In this document: positions 1 through 9,670 of the stretch, piece after piece | How positions within the stretch are numbered: the stretch's first letter is position 1 | Layout: each line of letters begins with the position of its first letter | DNA from: Salinivibrio sp. ES.052 | Lineage (GTDB): Bacteria > Pseudomonadota > Gammaproteobacteria > Enterobacterales > Vibrionaceae | Direction of reading: 5' to 3' | Assembly (NCBI RefSeq): GCF_900141775.1 | Contig: NZ_FSRI01000001.1 | Location: 628,251 to 652,250, forward strand | DNA: 24,000 bases | Program-made: the position numbers and the translations under genes | Notes under the pieces: generated by a model | The model's input: only the letters and a program-made list of their open reading frames with translations | What the model was told of the DNA's origin: nothing | Databases searched by the model: none

Positions 1-1
1 G

Positions 2-1204
2 GCCGGTGCCCACCATGCTGACGTTTGCATCATTGGTGCGGGGCTCACTGGACTTAATGCGGCGATAGAATTGCGTCAGCGTGGGTACGATGTTGTGGTA
101 TTGGAGGCGGAAACCGTTGCCTGGGGAGGCTCTGGCCGCAATGGTGGCCAATGCTTAGTGGGATACTGTTTGGGGTTGCGTGAGCTCCATGAAACCTATG
201 GACCGAGCTGGGGGAAACAGTTATGGGACTTATCCGTTGAAGCGGTCGACATCGTTCGTGAGCGTATCCAAACGCACCAAATCGATTGTGACTTTCAATC
301 GGGTTACATTGAGCTGGCATTAAACGTATCCCAGCAAAAGGAATTACAAAGTTGGTACGCGCTAAAGCAGGGGGAGTATCAGTACCCTGTTGCGCAGTGG
401 TGGGATAAAACCCAAGTGGCAGCGGTGGCACAGACGGATCGATATCTGGGTGGCTTGTATGATCCTAATAGTGCGCATCTTCATACGCTTAATTACACTC
501 TTGGGCTTGCGCAAGCGGCGACACTAATGGGGGTAAAGATTTATGAGAACACCCCGGCCACGGCATTGGTAAAAGGTCAGCCACATTGTGTGAAAACACA
601 AAGAGGGCAAGTGCACGCTCCGCAGGTATTGCTGGCATGTAATGCGTACCTTGAGGGCTTAGATCGACAAGCGCAAGCGAAGGTATTGCCGGTTGCATCG
701 TTTATTGCGGTCACCGAGCCACTTGGTGAGCGTATGCCGATTACCAACCGCATGGCGATGTCTGACTTGAACAATTGCCTTGACTACTTTCGCCCAACGG
801 CGGATGGACGCTTACTCTTTGGTGGCGTAAATCATCCGTTTAATCGTGAGTATAAAGATTCGGCTCAACGATTACATCAGCGCATGACGAAGGTGTTCCC
901 CCAGTTATCGACGGTGAAAATGGACTACCACTGGGGTGGGATGTTTGCGGTCACTCGAAGCTATATGCCTCATATCGATCATTTAGGAAATGATGTTTAT
1001 ACCGCGCACGGCTACACTGGACATGGCGTCGGGTTAACCAATATCGCTGGGCGTGTCATTGCCGAGGCAATGGATGGGCAGGCGAGTCGTTTTGATGTGT
1101 TTTCCCATCTCAAGCAAGGTTGGATCCCTACCCCTAAAGTATTACGCAGCCCAGCACTAGCGTTAGCGATTTGGAAAGCCAAATTGGAAGACTTACTCGG
1201 CTAA
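2..1204 (+). CDS. FAD-dependent oxidoreductase (DAO family, gamma-glutamylputrescine oxidase PuuB/OrdL-like), 5' end cut by the window edge
   Basis: The reading frame stays open to nt 2. Translation of nt 2-70 gives ..DVCIIGAGLTGLNAAIELRQRGYDVVVLEAE, a GxGxxG dinucleotide-binding motif ending in an acidic residue. The C-terminal HGYTGHGV motif is typical of DAO-type flavoenzymes. Stop TAA is at 1202-1204. The TTG at 71 in the ORF track is therefore not the real start. Confidence 0.75.
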   Translation, partial: AGAHHADVCIIGAGLTGLNAAIELRQRGYDVVVLEAETVAWGGSGRNGGQCLVGYCLGLRELHETYGPSWGKQLWDLSVEAVDIVRERIQTHQIDCDFQSGYIELALNVSQQKELQSWYALKQGEYQYPVAQWWDKTQVAAVAQTDRYLGGLYDPNSAHLHTLNYTLGLAQAATLMGVKIYENTPATALVKGQPHCVKTQRGQVHAPQVLLACNAYLEGLDRQAQAKVLPVASFIAVTEPLGERMPITNRMAMSDLNNCLDYFRPTADGRLLFGGVNHPFNREYKDSAQRLHQRMTKVFPQLSTVKMDYHWGGMFAVTRSYMPHIDHLGNDVYTAHGYTGHGVGLTNIAGRVIAEAMDGQASRFDVFSHLKQGWIPTPKVLRSPALALAIWKAKLEDLLG

Positions 1205-1293
1205 TCGGTACGCTGGTGACATGGGCGATCGATAAGCAGATCTTATCGTCACGATAAAGAATACGTGTTGCCTCCTGAGAGAAAGGCAGTAAG

Positions 1294-1935
1294 GTGGCCT
1301 CTTCAGTTGCGGGGGGAGATAAGTGTTTGAACACGCTAACGATCATTGATGATATTGCCACTCACGGCCTAAGTGTATGTGATGCCTTCTTATCACCGCA
1401 AGAGGTGGTTGATTTACAAAGATGTTTGCCCGAACAGTGGGCGCAGGCGACAATCGGGCGCGAGAAAAAACAGCATACCAACACACAGATCCGTCGTGAC
1501 AAAATTCATTGGTTGGAACGTGACAAAATGCCGGCGGTGGATACCCTGCTGGATAAAATGGCGGATCTGCAACACGCATTTAACCGGCACTTATTTTTGG
1601 GATTGTTTGAATATGAGGCACATTTCGCTAAATACAATCCGGGTGATTTTTACGCTAAGCACTACGATGCCTTTGAAGGGCGCTCAAATCGCAAAGTGAC
1701 TACGGTGTTGTATCTAAACCGTGATTGGTCAGAGCGAGATGGTGGCGAAATCGTCATCTATAACCCGGATGGTAGTCATCGCCAAACCTTGTGGCCTAAA
1801 GCTGGGCGACTCGTGACATTTTTATCTGAAGCTTTCCCTCATGAAGTGTTACCGGCCAAACGTCAACGATTTAGCATTGCGGGCTGGTATCGACTTAATG
1901 GCATGAGTGGTCAACGCGTTGATCCAATCCGTTAA
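1294..1935 (+). CDS. 2OG-Fe(II) oxygenase, prolyl-4-hydroxylase-like (P4Hc type)
   Basis: HxD..H iron triad candidates (KHYDAF ... FPHEV), an RFSIAGWY 2OG-binding Arg, and the P4Hc-like stretch TTVLYLNRDW..GGEIVIY. The start is ambiguous: either GTG 1294 (GAAAGG 7 nt upstream) or TTG 1327 (GGAG 8 nt upstream). Confidence 0.7.
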   Translation: MASSVAGGDKCLNTLTIIDDIATHGLSVCDAFLSPQEVVDLQRCLPEQWAQATIGREKKQHTNTQIRRDKIHWLERDKMPAVDTLLDKMADLQHAFNRHLFLGLFEYEAHFAKYNPGDFYAKHYDAFEGRSNRKVTTVLYLNRDWSERDGGEIVIYNPDGSHRQTLWPKAGRLVTFLSEAFPHEVLPAKRQRFSIAGWYRLNGMSGQRVDPIR

Positions 1936-1982
1936 CCCCAGCCATACTGAAGGCTAGGCGATAATAACGGTAGTAATTCTAT

Positions 1983-2618
1983 ATGGCCCATCCTCCACAG
2001 CAACAAAGCTTTTTTACTGATACTGGGTTTGATAGCCAGCAGAGCGTCAATATGCCCCAGGCCGAGATTGATTGGCGACCTAACTGGCTACCTCTTGAAC
2101 AAGCTGATGCATTGTTCACAGCGCTTCGTGAGCAGGTGCCGTGGCAACAGCTTCCCATCACACTATTTGGTCGTACCATGATGCAACCGCGCTTGTTAGC
2201 GTGGTATGGCGATCATCCTTATACATACAGTGGGCTAACACTTCAGCCTTTGGCATGGACACAAACACTTTTCGATCTCAAAGCGCGGGTTGAAGCACAA
2301 TGCCACACACCATTTAACACCGTTTTGTTAAATCGTTACCGTGACGGACGTGATTACATGGGCTGGCATCAAGATGATGAGCCTGAATTGGGCTGCAAGC
2401 CAGTTATAGCATCATTGAACTTGGGTGCCAGTCGCCGCTTTCTGTTTCGTCACCTTGCACGGCAGGAAAAGCGTGAGTTCTTACTCAACCATGGCTCATT
2501 ATTGGTCATGGCAGGAGAGACGCAAACGCATTGGCAGCATAGTTTACCCAAGACCCAACTACCGATTGGTGAGAGAATCAACCTGACGTTTCGATTCGTC
2601 AATCCTGCTGATGAGTAA
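1983..2618 (+). CDS. alkB: AlkB-family alpha-ketoglutarate-dependent dioxygenase (nucleic-acid demethylase-like)
   Basis: LLNRYRDGRDYMGWHQDDEPELG (HxD), a second His in THWQHSLPK, and a terminal RINLTFR Arg pair. This is the pattern of the AlkB / ALKBH2-3 type 2OG-FeII_Oxy_2 domain. Confidence 0.7.
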   Translation: MAHPPQQQSFFTDTGFDSQQSVNMPQAEIDWRPNWLPLEQADALFTALREQVPWQQLPITLFGRTMMQPRLLAWYGDHPYTYSGLTLQPLAWTQTLFDLKARVEAQCHTPFNTVLLNRYRDGRDYMGWHQDDEPELGCKPVIASLNLGASRRFLFRHLARQEKREFLLNHGSLLVMAGETQTHWQHSLPKTQLPIGERINLTFRFVNPADE

Positions 2619-2713
2619 GTGTAAAAGAGTAGGGCGCCACTGGCTTACCAAGATTGTATTTGGGGCGGGCTGGTGGCGCCATGTCGTTGAGTCAGTGATG
2701 ACGAACAGGATGA

Positions 2714-4351
<1,638 letters not shown>

Positions 4352-4494
4352 TTAATAGTGCGGTTCCCACGGTTCGAACCTGTCAATATAGGCCTTACCT
4401 CAGCAAAAAATGCTGAAAATAGCAGCGAATTGTTTGAAGTTTGATGTTTTTGTTTGCAAAACAGTCAACTGAAACCTTTTTTAAATAATAAGTG

Positions 4495-4522
4495 TTGACT
4501 CGATCACGTTAATCCGTAGAAT
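4495..4522 (+). promoter_or_regulatory. Sigma70 promoter of the tRNA operon (-35 TTGACT, -10 TAGAAT, 16-bp spacer) with A/T-rich UP-like element and GC-rich discriminator
   Basis: TTGACT is at 4495-4500 and TAGAAT at 4517-4522. The sequence gcctcccc follows immediately, a stringent-type discriminator. The run aaaccttttttaaataataa lies just upstream. The first tRNA starts at 4557. Confidence 0.7.
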
Positions 4523-4556
4523 GCCTCCCCGTACCGCAGAGGCGGAAACAAAGAAA

Positions 4557-4630
4557 GGCGCGTTGGCAGAGTGGCTATGCAGCGGATTGCAAATCCGTGG
4601 ACCTCGGTTCGACTCCGGGACGCGCCTCCA
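4557..4630 (+). tRNA. tRNA-Cys (GCA)
   Basis: GGCGCGT acceptor pairing with ACGCGCC, anticodon arm GCGGA-TTGCAAA-TCCGT, T-arm GGTTCGACTCC, encoded CCA. Near-identical to my recollection of E. coli tRNA-Cys. Confidence 0.93.
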
Positions 4631-4664
4631 TGTTTCACTCTAGAAGGTGCACTTGAAAATCGGA

Positions 4665-4741
<77 letters not shown>

Positions 4742-4818
4742 ATTTTAGGTTGTTAAAGAAGCGTTTAACGATTGATGATAAATCAATGCGACCTCCGGTC
4801 GGCACCGTTGCACGGCGC

Positions 4819-4841
4819 GTTAAATCCATCTCCCGCAACCA
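4819..4841 (+). pseudogene. tRNA-fMet 3'-end remnant (T-loop to CCA), copy 1
   Basis: gttaaatccatctcccgcaacca plus the trailer aattt matches the 3' end of the adjacent fMet gene (gttcaaatccatctcccgcaacca aattt) apart from a 1-nt deletion. No 5' half pairs with it, so it is not a functional tRNA. Confidence 0.6.
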
Positions 4842-4875
4842 ATTTCAAAGCGTATTGCAACGCTCAATTGCATAG

Positions 4876-4951
4876 GCGACATTAGCTCAGCTGGTAGAGC
4901 GCGACCTTGCCAAGGTCGAGGTCACGAGTTCGAACCTCGTATGTCGCTCCA
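4876..4951 (+). tRNA. tRNA-Gly (GCC), copy 1
   Basis: GCGACAT acceptor, D-arm GCTCAGCTGGTAGAGC, anticodon arm CGACC-TTGCCAA-GGTCG, T-arm ACGAGTTCGAACCTCGT, CCA encoded. Confidence 0.93.
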
Positions 4952-4986
4952 AGTTTTGCCCACATCAAGCATGTTGATGTTACGGA

Positions 4987-5063
<77 letters not shown>

Positions 5064-5140
5064 ATTTTAGGTTGTTAAAGAAGCGTTTAACGATTGATGA
5101 TAAATCAATGCGACCTCCGGTCGGCACCGTTGCACGGCGC

Positions 5141-5163
5141 GTTAAATCCATCTCCCGCAACCA
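5141..5163 (+). pseudogene. tRNA-fMet 3'-end remnant, copy 2
   Basis: Same 23-mer, 322 bp after copy 1. Confidence 0.6.
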
Positions 5164-5197
5164 ATTTAAAAGCGTATTGCAACGCTCAATTGCATAG

Positions 5198-5273
5198 GCG
5201 ACATTAGCTCAGCTGGTAGAGCGCGACCTTGCCAAGGTCGAGGTCACGAGTTCGAACCTCGTATGTCGCTCCA
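5198..5273 (+). tRNA. tRNA-Gly (GCC), copy 2
   Basis: Identical to Gly copy 1, 322 bp downstream. Confidence 0.93.
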
Positions 5274-5308
5274 AGTTTTGCCCACATCAAGCATATTGAT
5301 GTTACGGA

Positions 5309-5385
<77 letters not shown>

Positions 5386-5462
5386 ATTTTAGGTTGTTAA
5401 AGAAGCGTTTAACGATTGATGATAAGTCAATGCGACCTCCGGTCGGCACCGTTGCACGGCGC

Positions 5463-5485
5463 GTTAAATCCATCTCCCGCAACCA
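5463..5485 (+). pseudogene. tRNA-fMet 3'-end remnant, copy 3
   Basis: Same 23-mer, 644 bp after copy 1. Confidence 0.6.
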
Positions 5486-5519
5486 ATTTCAAAGCGTATT
5501 GCAACGCTCAATTGCATAG

Positions 5520-5595
5520 GCGACATTAGCTCAGCTGGTAGAGCGCGACCTTGCCAAGGTCGAGGTCACGAGTTCGAACCTCGTATGTCGCTCCA
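5520..5595 (+). tRNA. tRNA-Gly (GCC), copy 3
   Basis: Identical to Gly copy 1, 644 bp downstream. Confidence 0.93.
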
Positions 5596-5630
5596 AGTTT
5601 TGCCCACATCAAGCATGTTGATGTTACGGA

Positions 5631-5707
<77 letters not shown>

Positions 5708-5741
5708 ATTTCTAGGTTGTTTTCTATTTTAATCCCCATTC

Positions 5742-6713
5742 TTACCCAATGCCTTGATGTTCTATCGGAACAGGGTACGGCCTTACATTGCTCGTCGCAT
5801 CCAATAGCATTGTTTCTAACGTCACGGTTTCATCGATCTGAGTGAAGTGCGCTAACCCTACCGAGTAGACAAAGGGGTAGCGGTCTGATGATAAACGGCG
5901 GCAAAGGCGTAGGTAGAAGCGCTCCAATTGGGCCTCTACGGCATCCACATCCTGTTGAATTAATAACACCGCAAACTCACAGCCTTCTAGGCGGCCAATC
6001 CAACCGACATCATCAAACACATCAGTCAAACACGCAGCAAATTCTATTAGCACCTTATCACCAGCGTATTTACCATACCGATGGTTAATCCCCTGCAATT
6101 GGCGAACATCAAAGTGCAATAATGTGTGTTGCGATTCAATGACGACATCATCCGTTAAATAGCTGGTGATTTCACGATAAAAACCACGTCGATTGAAGAC
6201 GCCAGTGAGCGAGTCGATCACGTTTTGCTGAGTCATGACGAGCTCATGTTCAACAATTTTCGCTAAGTCTAAGAGCGCTCGTTGGCAAGCTTCGGTCAGT
6301 TCACGCGGGTGATGATCAATAACACAGAGCGTTCCGAGTAAATGCTCACTATCAAGGCTAAACGGAAAACCAGCATAAAAGCGGATGTATGGGTCACCGG
6401 TGACTAAAGGGTTATCAGCAAAGCGTGGGTCTTGGCGAGTGTCATGAACAATCAGTGGATCCAGTTGATGAATGGCATGACCACAAATTGATTCACTACG
6501 CCCTGTTTGGTTCACCGCTAAACCACGCTTAGCCTTGAACCACTGGCGCTCTTCATCTATTAAACTAATGGCGACCATAGGGCACTCGGACACATAGGCT
6601 GCAACACGGACAATACGCTCGAATCTGTCCTCGTGGCCGGTATCTAGGATCCCCAGATCGTGTAACGCGATAAGTCGCTGTTGCTCGTTATGGGTTGGTT
6701 GCGCCGGTTCCAT
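5742..6713 (-). CDS. GAF domain protein with degenerate GGDEF domain (GGDEF motif replaced by EGCEF)
   Basis: RBS GGGAGGA lies before ATG 6713. The N-terminal GAF pattern is RLIALHDLGILDT..RFERIV..PMVAISLIDEERQWFKAKRGL. The GGDEF-domain scaffold is DSLTGVFNRRGF ... FDVRQLQGINHRYGKYAGD ... GRLEGCEFAVLL. Codons GAA GGC TGT GAG TTT sit at 5973-5987 on the minus strand. Confidence 0.8.
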   Translation of the reverse strand: MEPAQPTHNEQQRLIALHDLGILDTGHEDRFERIVRVAAYVSECPMVAISLIDEERQWFKAKRGLAVNQTGRSESICGHAIHQLDPLIVHDTRQDPRFADNPLVTGDPYIRFYAGFPFSLDSEHLLGTLCVIDHHPRELTEACQRALLDLAKIVEHELVMTQQNVIDSLTGVFNRRGFYREITSYLTDDVVIESQHTLLHFDVRQLQGINHRYGKYAGDKVLIEFAACLTDVFDDVGWIGRLEGCEFAVLLIQQDVDAVEAQLERFYLRLCRRLSSDRYPFVYSVGLAHFTQIDETVTLETMLLDATSNVRPYPVPIEHQGIG

Positions 6714-7043
6714 GCAGTTTCCTCCCTATTGACACTTTTACTATAGTCAACCACACCCTATTCAGGGGGAAGGATTGGCCATATTTATAATGTTTTTATC
6801 CCAATAAAGAGCGCGTCAAAATTTCTCAAGTCCCAATAAAACAATCAGTTATTGATATGCAGTGAAAGCGTTTGCTATTTACGCGACGAGAGAGCAAAAC
6901 TTGATTTGTAAAAAACTTGTTTCAATGATATTTTCCTGCGGTTATTCATTTCATCGGGATAGGTCGTCGCACGTTTGAAAGTGATCGTGTACGCTGCCGC
7001 CCTCCTATACTGTTTTAATCATGTTGTTTTAGAAGGTTTGCTT

Positions 7044-8021
7044 ATGGCGTTTTTAGCGAGCTGTGATACCCAATATCCGATGACGCATCCCCACGCAGCA
7101 TCGGCTGTCGTCATGGTGCCCCCGTTTCATTTTAAATTTAATGCTCAAACCAGTGAGGATAACGGTTTTCAACACGCGCCGTCGCTACCTGATGAGGAAG
7201 TGAAAGCGCGCGCCATGGCAGAATTCAATAATATGGTGATGACCCTGCGTCGTCACGGCCTTGATGTGGTGGTGATGGAATATCCAGAGTCTGATCCTGT
7301 CACTCCGGATGCGGTATTCCCAAATAATTGGTTCAGCACGTTGCCGAGTGGCGAGCTCTATCTTTACCCGATGGCATGTCCAAACCGTCAATTAGAGGTC
7401 AAGCCGGAGCGCCTGATGGCAGCGTTGGATAGAGCAGGGTATGCGGTTAATCACGTACACAAAGTGAAGTGTCATGACAAAGATGATGCCTTCCTAGAGA
7501 GCACGGGCGCGATGGTGATTGATCATCTGAATCAGCGAGTGTATGCAGCGTTGTCGCATCGTTGTGATAGTATTCTCTTAACGGAATGGGCAGCCAAAGT
7601 GGGTATGCGCCAAGTCGTGAGCTTTAACACGGAGATGAGCGACGGCAATCCTGTTTATCATACCAATGTGATGATGGCGGTTGGCGAAGAGTTTGCTGTT
7701 GTCTGTGACGAAGTCATTGACGCGGGACAGCGTGACTTTGTTTGCAGCACGCTGAGCCAAGATAAAACCTTAGTGTCGATCAGCGAATCACAGATGAATG
7801 CACTCTGTGGAAACATCTTGCAGCTACGAAACCGATACGGTGAATCCGTTATTATTATGTCGCTTTCGGCTTATAGTGCCTTTACTGAAGCGCAAAAGCG
7901 CACACTGCGTCAGTTTGGAAAACTGGTACCGATTGATGTGACAACCATTGAGACCATTGGCGGCGGCAGTGTACGTTGTATGATGGGCGAGATATTTTTA
8001 CCGCGTCAGCAAACCGTCTAG
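7044..8021 (+). CDS. Amidinotransferase-fold (guanidino-group-modifying enzyme superfamily) protein, arginine-deiminase-related / CtlX-like
   Basis: The C-terminal GGGSVRCMMGEIFL carries the catalytic Cys typical of DDAH, ADI and amidinotransferase enzymes. The internal motifs AVFPNNWF and PVYHTNVMM resemble the COG4874-type family. ATG 7044 has AGAAGG 7 nt upstream. The tracked TTG start at 6975 is unlikely, and ATG 7080 is an alternative. Confidence 0.6.
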   Translation: MAFLASCDTQYPMTHPHAASAVVMVPPFHFKFNAQTSEDNGFQHAPSLPDEEVKARAMAEFNNMVMTLRRHGLDVVVMEYPESDPVTPDAVFPNNWFSTLPSGELYLYPMACPNRQLEVKPERLMAALDRAGYAVNHVHKVKCHDKDDAFLESTGAMVIDHLNQRVYAALSHRCDSILLTEWAAKVGMRQVVSFNTEMSDGNPVYHTNVMMAVGEEFAVVCDEVIDAGQRDFVCSTLSQDKTLVSISESQMNALCGNILQLRNRYGESVIIMSLSAYSAFTEAQKRTLRQFGKLVPIDVTTIETIGGGSVRCMMGEIFLPRQQTV

Positions 8022-8045
8022 CTTTACCAGGATGACTGGAGAGAT

Positions 8046-8077
8046 AACAACGGCGGCCCAAGTGGGTCGTCGTTGTT
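8046..8077. terminator. Stem-loop between convergent genes (possible bidirectional terminator)
   Basis: AACAACGGCGGCCC-aagt-GGGTCGTCGTTGTT forms a 14-bp stem with two G:U pairs and a 4-nt loop. It sits between stop 8021 (+) and stop 8092 (-). The U-tract is weak. Confidence 0.45.
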
Positions 8078-8091
8078 AGTTCAGAACCGGG

Positions 8092-8451
8092 TTATGAATG
8101 GACTCGCGCTTTTGCTTTCAAAGGCATCTTGTCGAATGACACGCCCTTCCACCCCGTGACCATAAAGTTACGAATATTTTTATGATCCGTGCCCGATGGG
8201 TTGCTAAGTACATCCTCGCGATAGTAGCCCCCAAAACAGGCAAGGGTTTGTACTTCGGTTAACTCGTGGAGTTGGCAAAACGCCAACACTTTGCAAGAGC
8301 CTGTGTTTTGTCCGGCTTTGTTCGCGAGATCACCATTAGTAAAGCGCGTCGGAGCGTAGTCATAATGTGCATCTATCACCGCCATCGTCTCGTCAAACAT
8401 TACCATTTCCGGTGTTTGGGTGACTTTGGCGAGAAAGCTGTCTAAGGTCAT
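8092..8451 (-). CDS. HopJ (HopPmaJ) type III effector family protein
   Basis: The sequence FDETMAVIDAHYDYAPTRFTNGD..NKAGQNTGSCKVLAFCQLHELTE..TLACFGGYYREDVL matches my memory of the PF08888 pattern. ATG 8451 is preceded by AGGAA. The tracked ORF start at 8511 adds 20 unsupported codons. Confidence 0.65.
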   Translation of the reverse strand: MTLDSFLAKVTQTPEMVMFDETMAVIDAHYDYAPTRFTNGDLANKAGQNTGSCKVLAFCQLHELTEVQTLACFGGYYREDVLSNPSGTDHKNIRNFMVTGWKGVSFDKMPLKAKARVHS

Positions 8452-8593
8452 GTCGGTTCCTGAGTTAATAACATGCGGGCTCTCAATGAGAGTATATGCA
8501 CGTTGTACCAACTTGTTCAGCCAATGTGAAGCCGTGTCATGCCAGTAATGGACGAATATCCATCACTTAAACCAAAATTTGTGTTGCAGCACT

Positions 8594-8621
8594 TTACATT
8601 AATCAAGGTCAACATTAGTAT
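8594..8621 (+). promoter_or_regulatory. Candidate sigma70 promoter for tRNA-Ser (-35 TTACAT, -10 TAGTAT, 16-bp spacer)
   Basis: TTACAT is at 8594-8599 and TAGTAT at 8616-8621. The tRNA begins at 8634. Confidence 0.35.
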
Positions 8622-8633
8622 ATCCAGCAGTTC

Positions 8634-8724
8634 GGAGGGATGGCTGAGCGGTTGAAAGCACCGGTCTTGAAAACCGGCAAGGGTTAATAGCCCTTCTAGG
8701 GTTCAAATCCCTATCCCTCCGCCA
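8634..8724 (+). tRNA. tRNA-Ser (TGA), class II with long variable arm
   Basis: GGAGGGA acceptor pairing with TCCCTCC, D-region TGGCTGAGCGGTTGAAAGCA, anticodon arm CCGGT-CTTGAAA-ACCGG, variable arm CAAGGGTTAATAGCCCTTC, T-arm AGGGTTCAAATCCCT, GCCA end. Confidence 0.92.
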
Positions 8725-8729
8725 CATTA

Positions 8730-8761
8730 AAAAAGCCGCTGAGTAATCAGCGGCTTTTTTT
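8730..8761 (+). terminator. Rho-independent terminator of tRNA-Ser
   Basis: AAAAAGCCGCTGA-gtaa-TCAGCGGCTTTTT is a perfect stem, followed by a run of 9 T. Confidence 0.9.
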
Positions 8762-8792
8762 GATCGTGCTAAACACCGATCCCACCAATATA

Positions 8793-8827
8793 GTCTTGCG
8801 TCTTGCGTCTTGCGTCTTGCGTCTTGT
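8793..8827. repeat. Heptanucleotide microsatellite (GTCTTGC)x4 plus one degenerate unit
   Basis: The sequence reads gtcttgc gtcttgc gtcttgc gtcttgc gtcttgt. It is intergenic, lying between the tRNA-Ser terminator and the next CDS (ATG 8940). Confidence 0.9.
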
Positions 8828-8939
8828 TCTGACCCCACATGTTCCATTTGATACCGTAAACTGGGTATTACGTTACTTGGCTGCGATCTTTGTTATCGCC
8901 AGTCGTAGGGAAGTACTGTCTGACCACAAGGAAAGAACT

Positions 8940-9575
8940 ATGTTTGTGACGCTACCGGCCCCAGACCAGCAGGACTCCGATTCGTTAGTGCATTGTATTC
9001 TGTCGCGCCGCAGCATTCGGGAGTATGCAGACGACGCGTTACCGCTTAGCGTGCTCTCTCAGTTACTTTGGTCTGCGCAAGGAGTCACGGGTGCTCATCA
9101 GCAAAAAGCCACCCCCTCAGCGGGCGGCCTTTATCCGCTCCATATCAGACTCGTTGTCAGTCGTGTTACCGGGCTGGCTGCTGGATTGTATGATTATCAT
9201 AGCGACAGCCATTTGCTTGAACGTGTAGCAAGCAGTGTGCCGCGCGAGATGCAGCGCCTTGGTCTCGGTGACCAGCCATGGTTAACCGAAGCGGCGGTTG
9301 TGATGGGCGTAGCGGCAAAGCTTGAAGCGGCGACGCAGCACTTCCACTCGCAGCCCCCTTTAGGCGAGCGTGGTGCGCGCTATGTGTATATGGAAAGCGG
9401 CGCATTGGCGCAAAATGTTCACCTGCAAAGCACAGCACTGAACGTTGGCTTTGTGTTGGTGGCTGGGTTTGACGATACCTTGACCAAGCACGCGCTGCAA
9501 TTAGCCGATCACCTGGAGCCAACCGCACTATTGTGTCTCGGTCATTTATCCCCCATGCGTGATACATTGTATTGA
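8940..9575 (+). CDS. SagB/ThcOx-type nitroreductase-family dehydrogenase
   Basis: ATG 8940 follows AAGGAAAG. The motifs are SRRSIREYADDALPLSVLSQLLWSAQGVTG, PSAGGLYPL and AGLYDY, which fit the SagB-type dehydrogenase domain pattern. The tracked ORF start at 8760 would run through the terminator and microsatellite. Confidence 0.7.
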   Translation: MFVTLPAPDQQDSDSLVHCILSRRSIREYADDALPLSVLSQLLWSAQGVTGAHQQKATPSAGGLYPLHIRLVVSRVTGLAAGLYDYHSDSHLLERVASSVPREMQRLGLGDQPWLTEAAVVMGVAAKLEAATQHFHSQPPLGERGARYVYMESGALAQNVHLQSTALNVGFVLVAGFDDTLTKHALQLADHLEPTALLCLGHLSPMRDTLY

Positions 9576-9670
9576 ATCTACGGAACAAAGGTTCAAGCAA
9601 CGAAGGCGATAATTAACTCCCCACAAGCGCCCCTATGAGAGGGCTACTTGGTCTAATTCGTGAGGGAACA

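Noticed and set aside
2630-2685. GGCGCCAC ... GTGGCGCC inverted repeat between the convergent alkB-like and aminopeptidase genes, considered as a terminator
   Set aside because: The loop is about 30 nt and there is no U-tract on either strand, so the structure is too weak to call.
4371-4380. A tRNA T-arm-like GGTTCGAACC upstream of the tRNA operon
   Set aside because: The flanking sequence cannot form a T-stem, acceptor stem or anticodon arm. It is just a short palindrome.
6930-6960. A possible ArgR (ARG box) site near ggttattcatttcat, upstream of the arginine-deiminase-related gene
   Set aside because: There is only a single ATTCAT half-site and no convincing TGAAT-N4-ATTCA palindrome.
8599-8939. 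82-aa minus-strand ORF (8599-8847) and the 60-codon 5' extension of the plus-strand ORF starting at 8760
   Set aside because: They run across tRNA-Ser, its terminator and the heptamer microsatellite. The real CDS starts at ATG 8940, which has an RBS.
9166-9600. 144-aa minus-strand ORF, and similar long antisense ORFs (for example 20154-20510 and 22641-22997)
   Set aside because: They lie fully inside better-supported genes on the opposite strand, have no RBS, and have Arg/Pro/Ser-rich composition typical of antisense frames.
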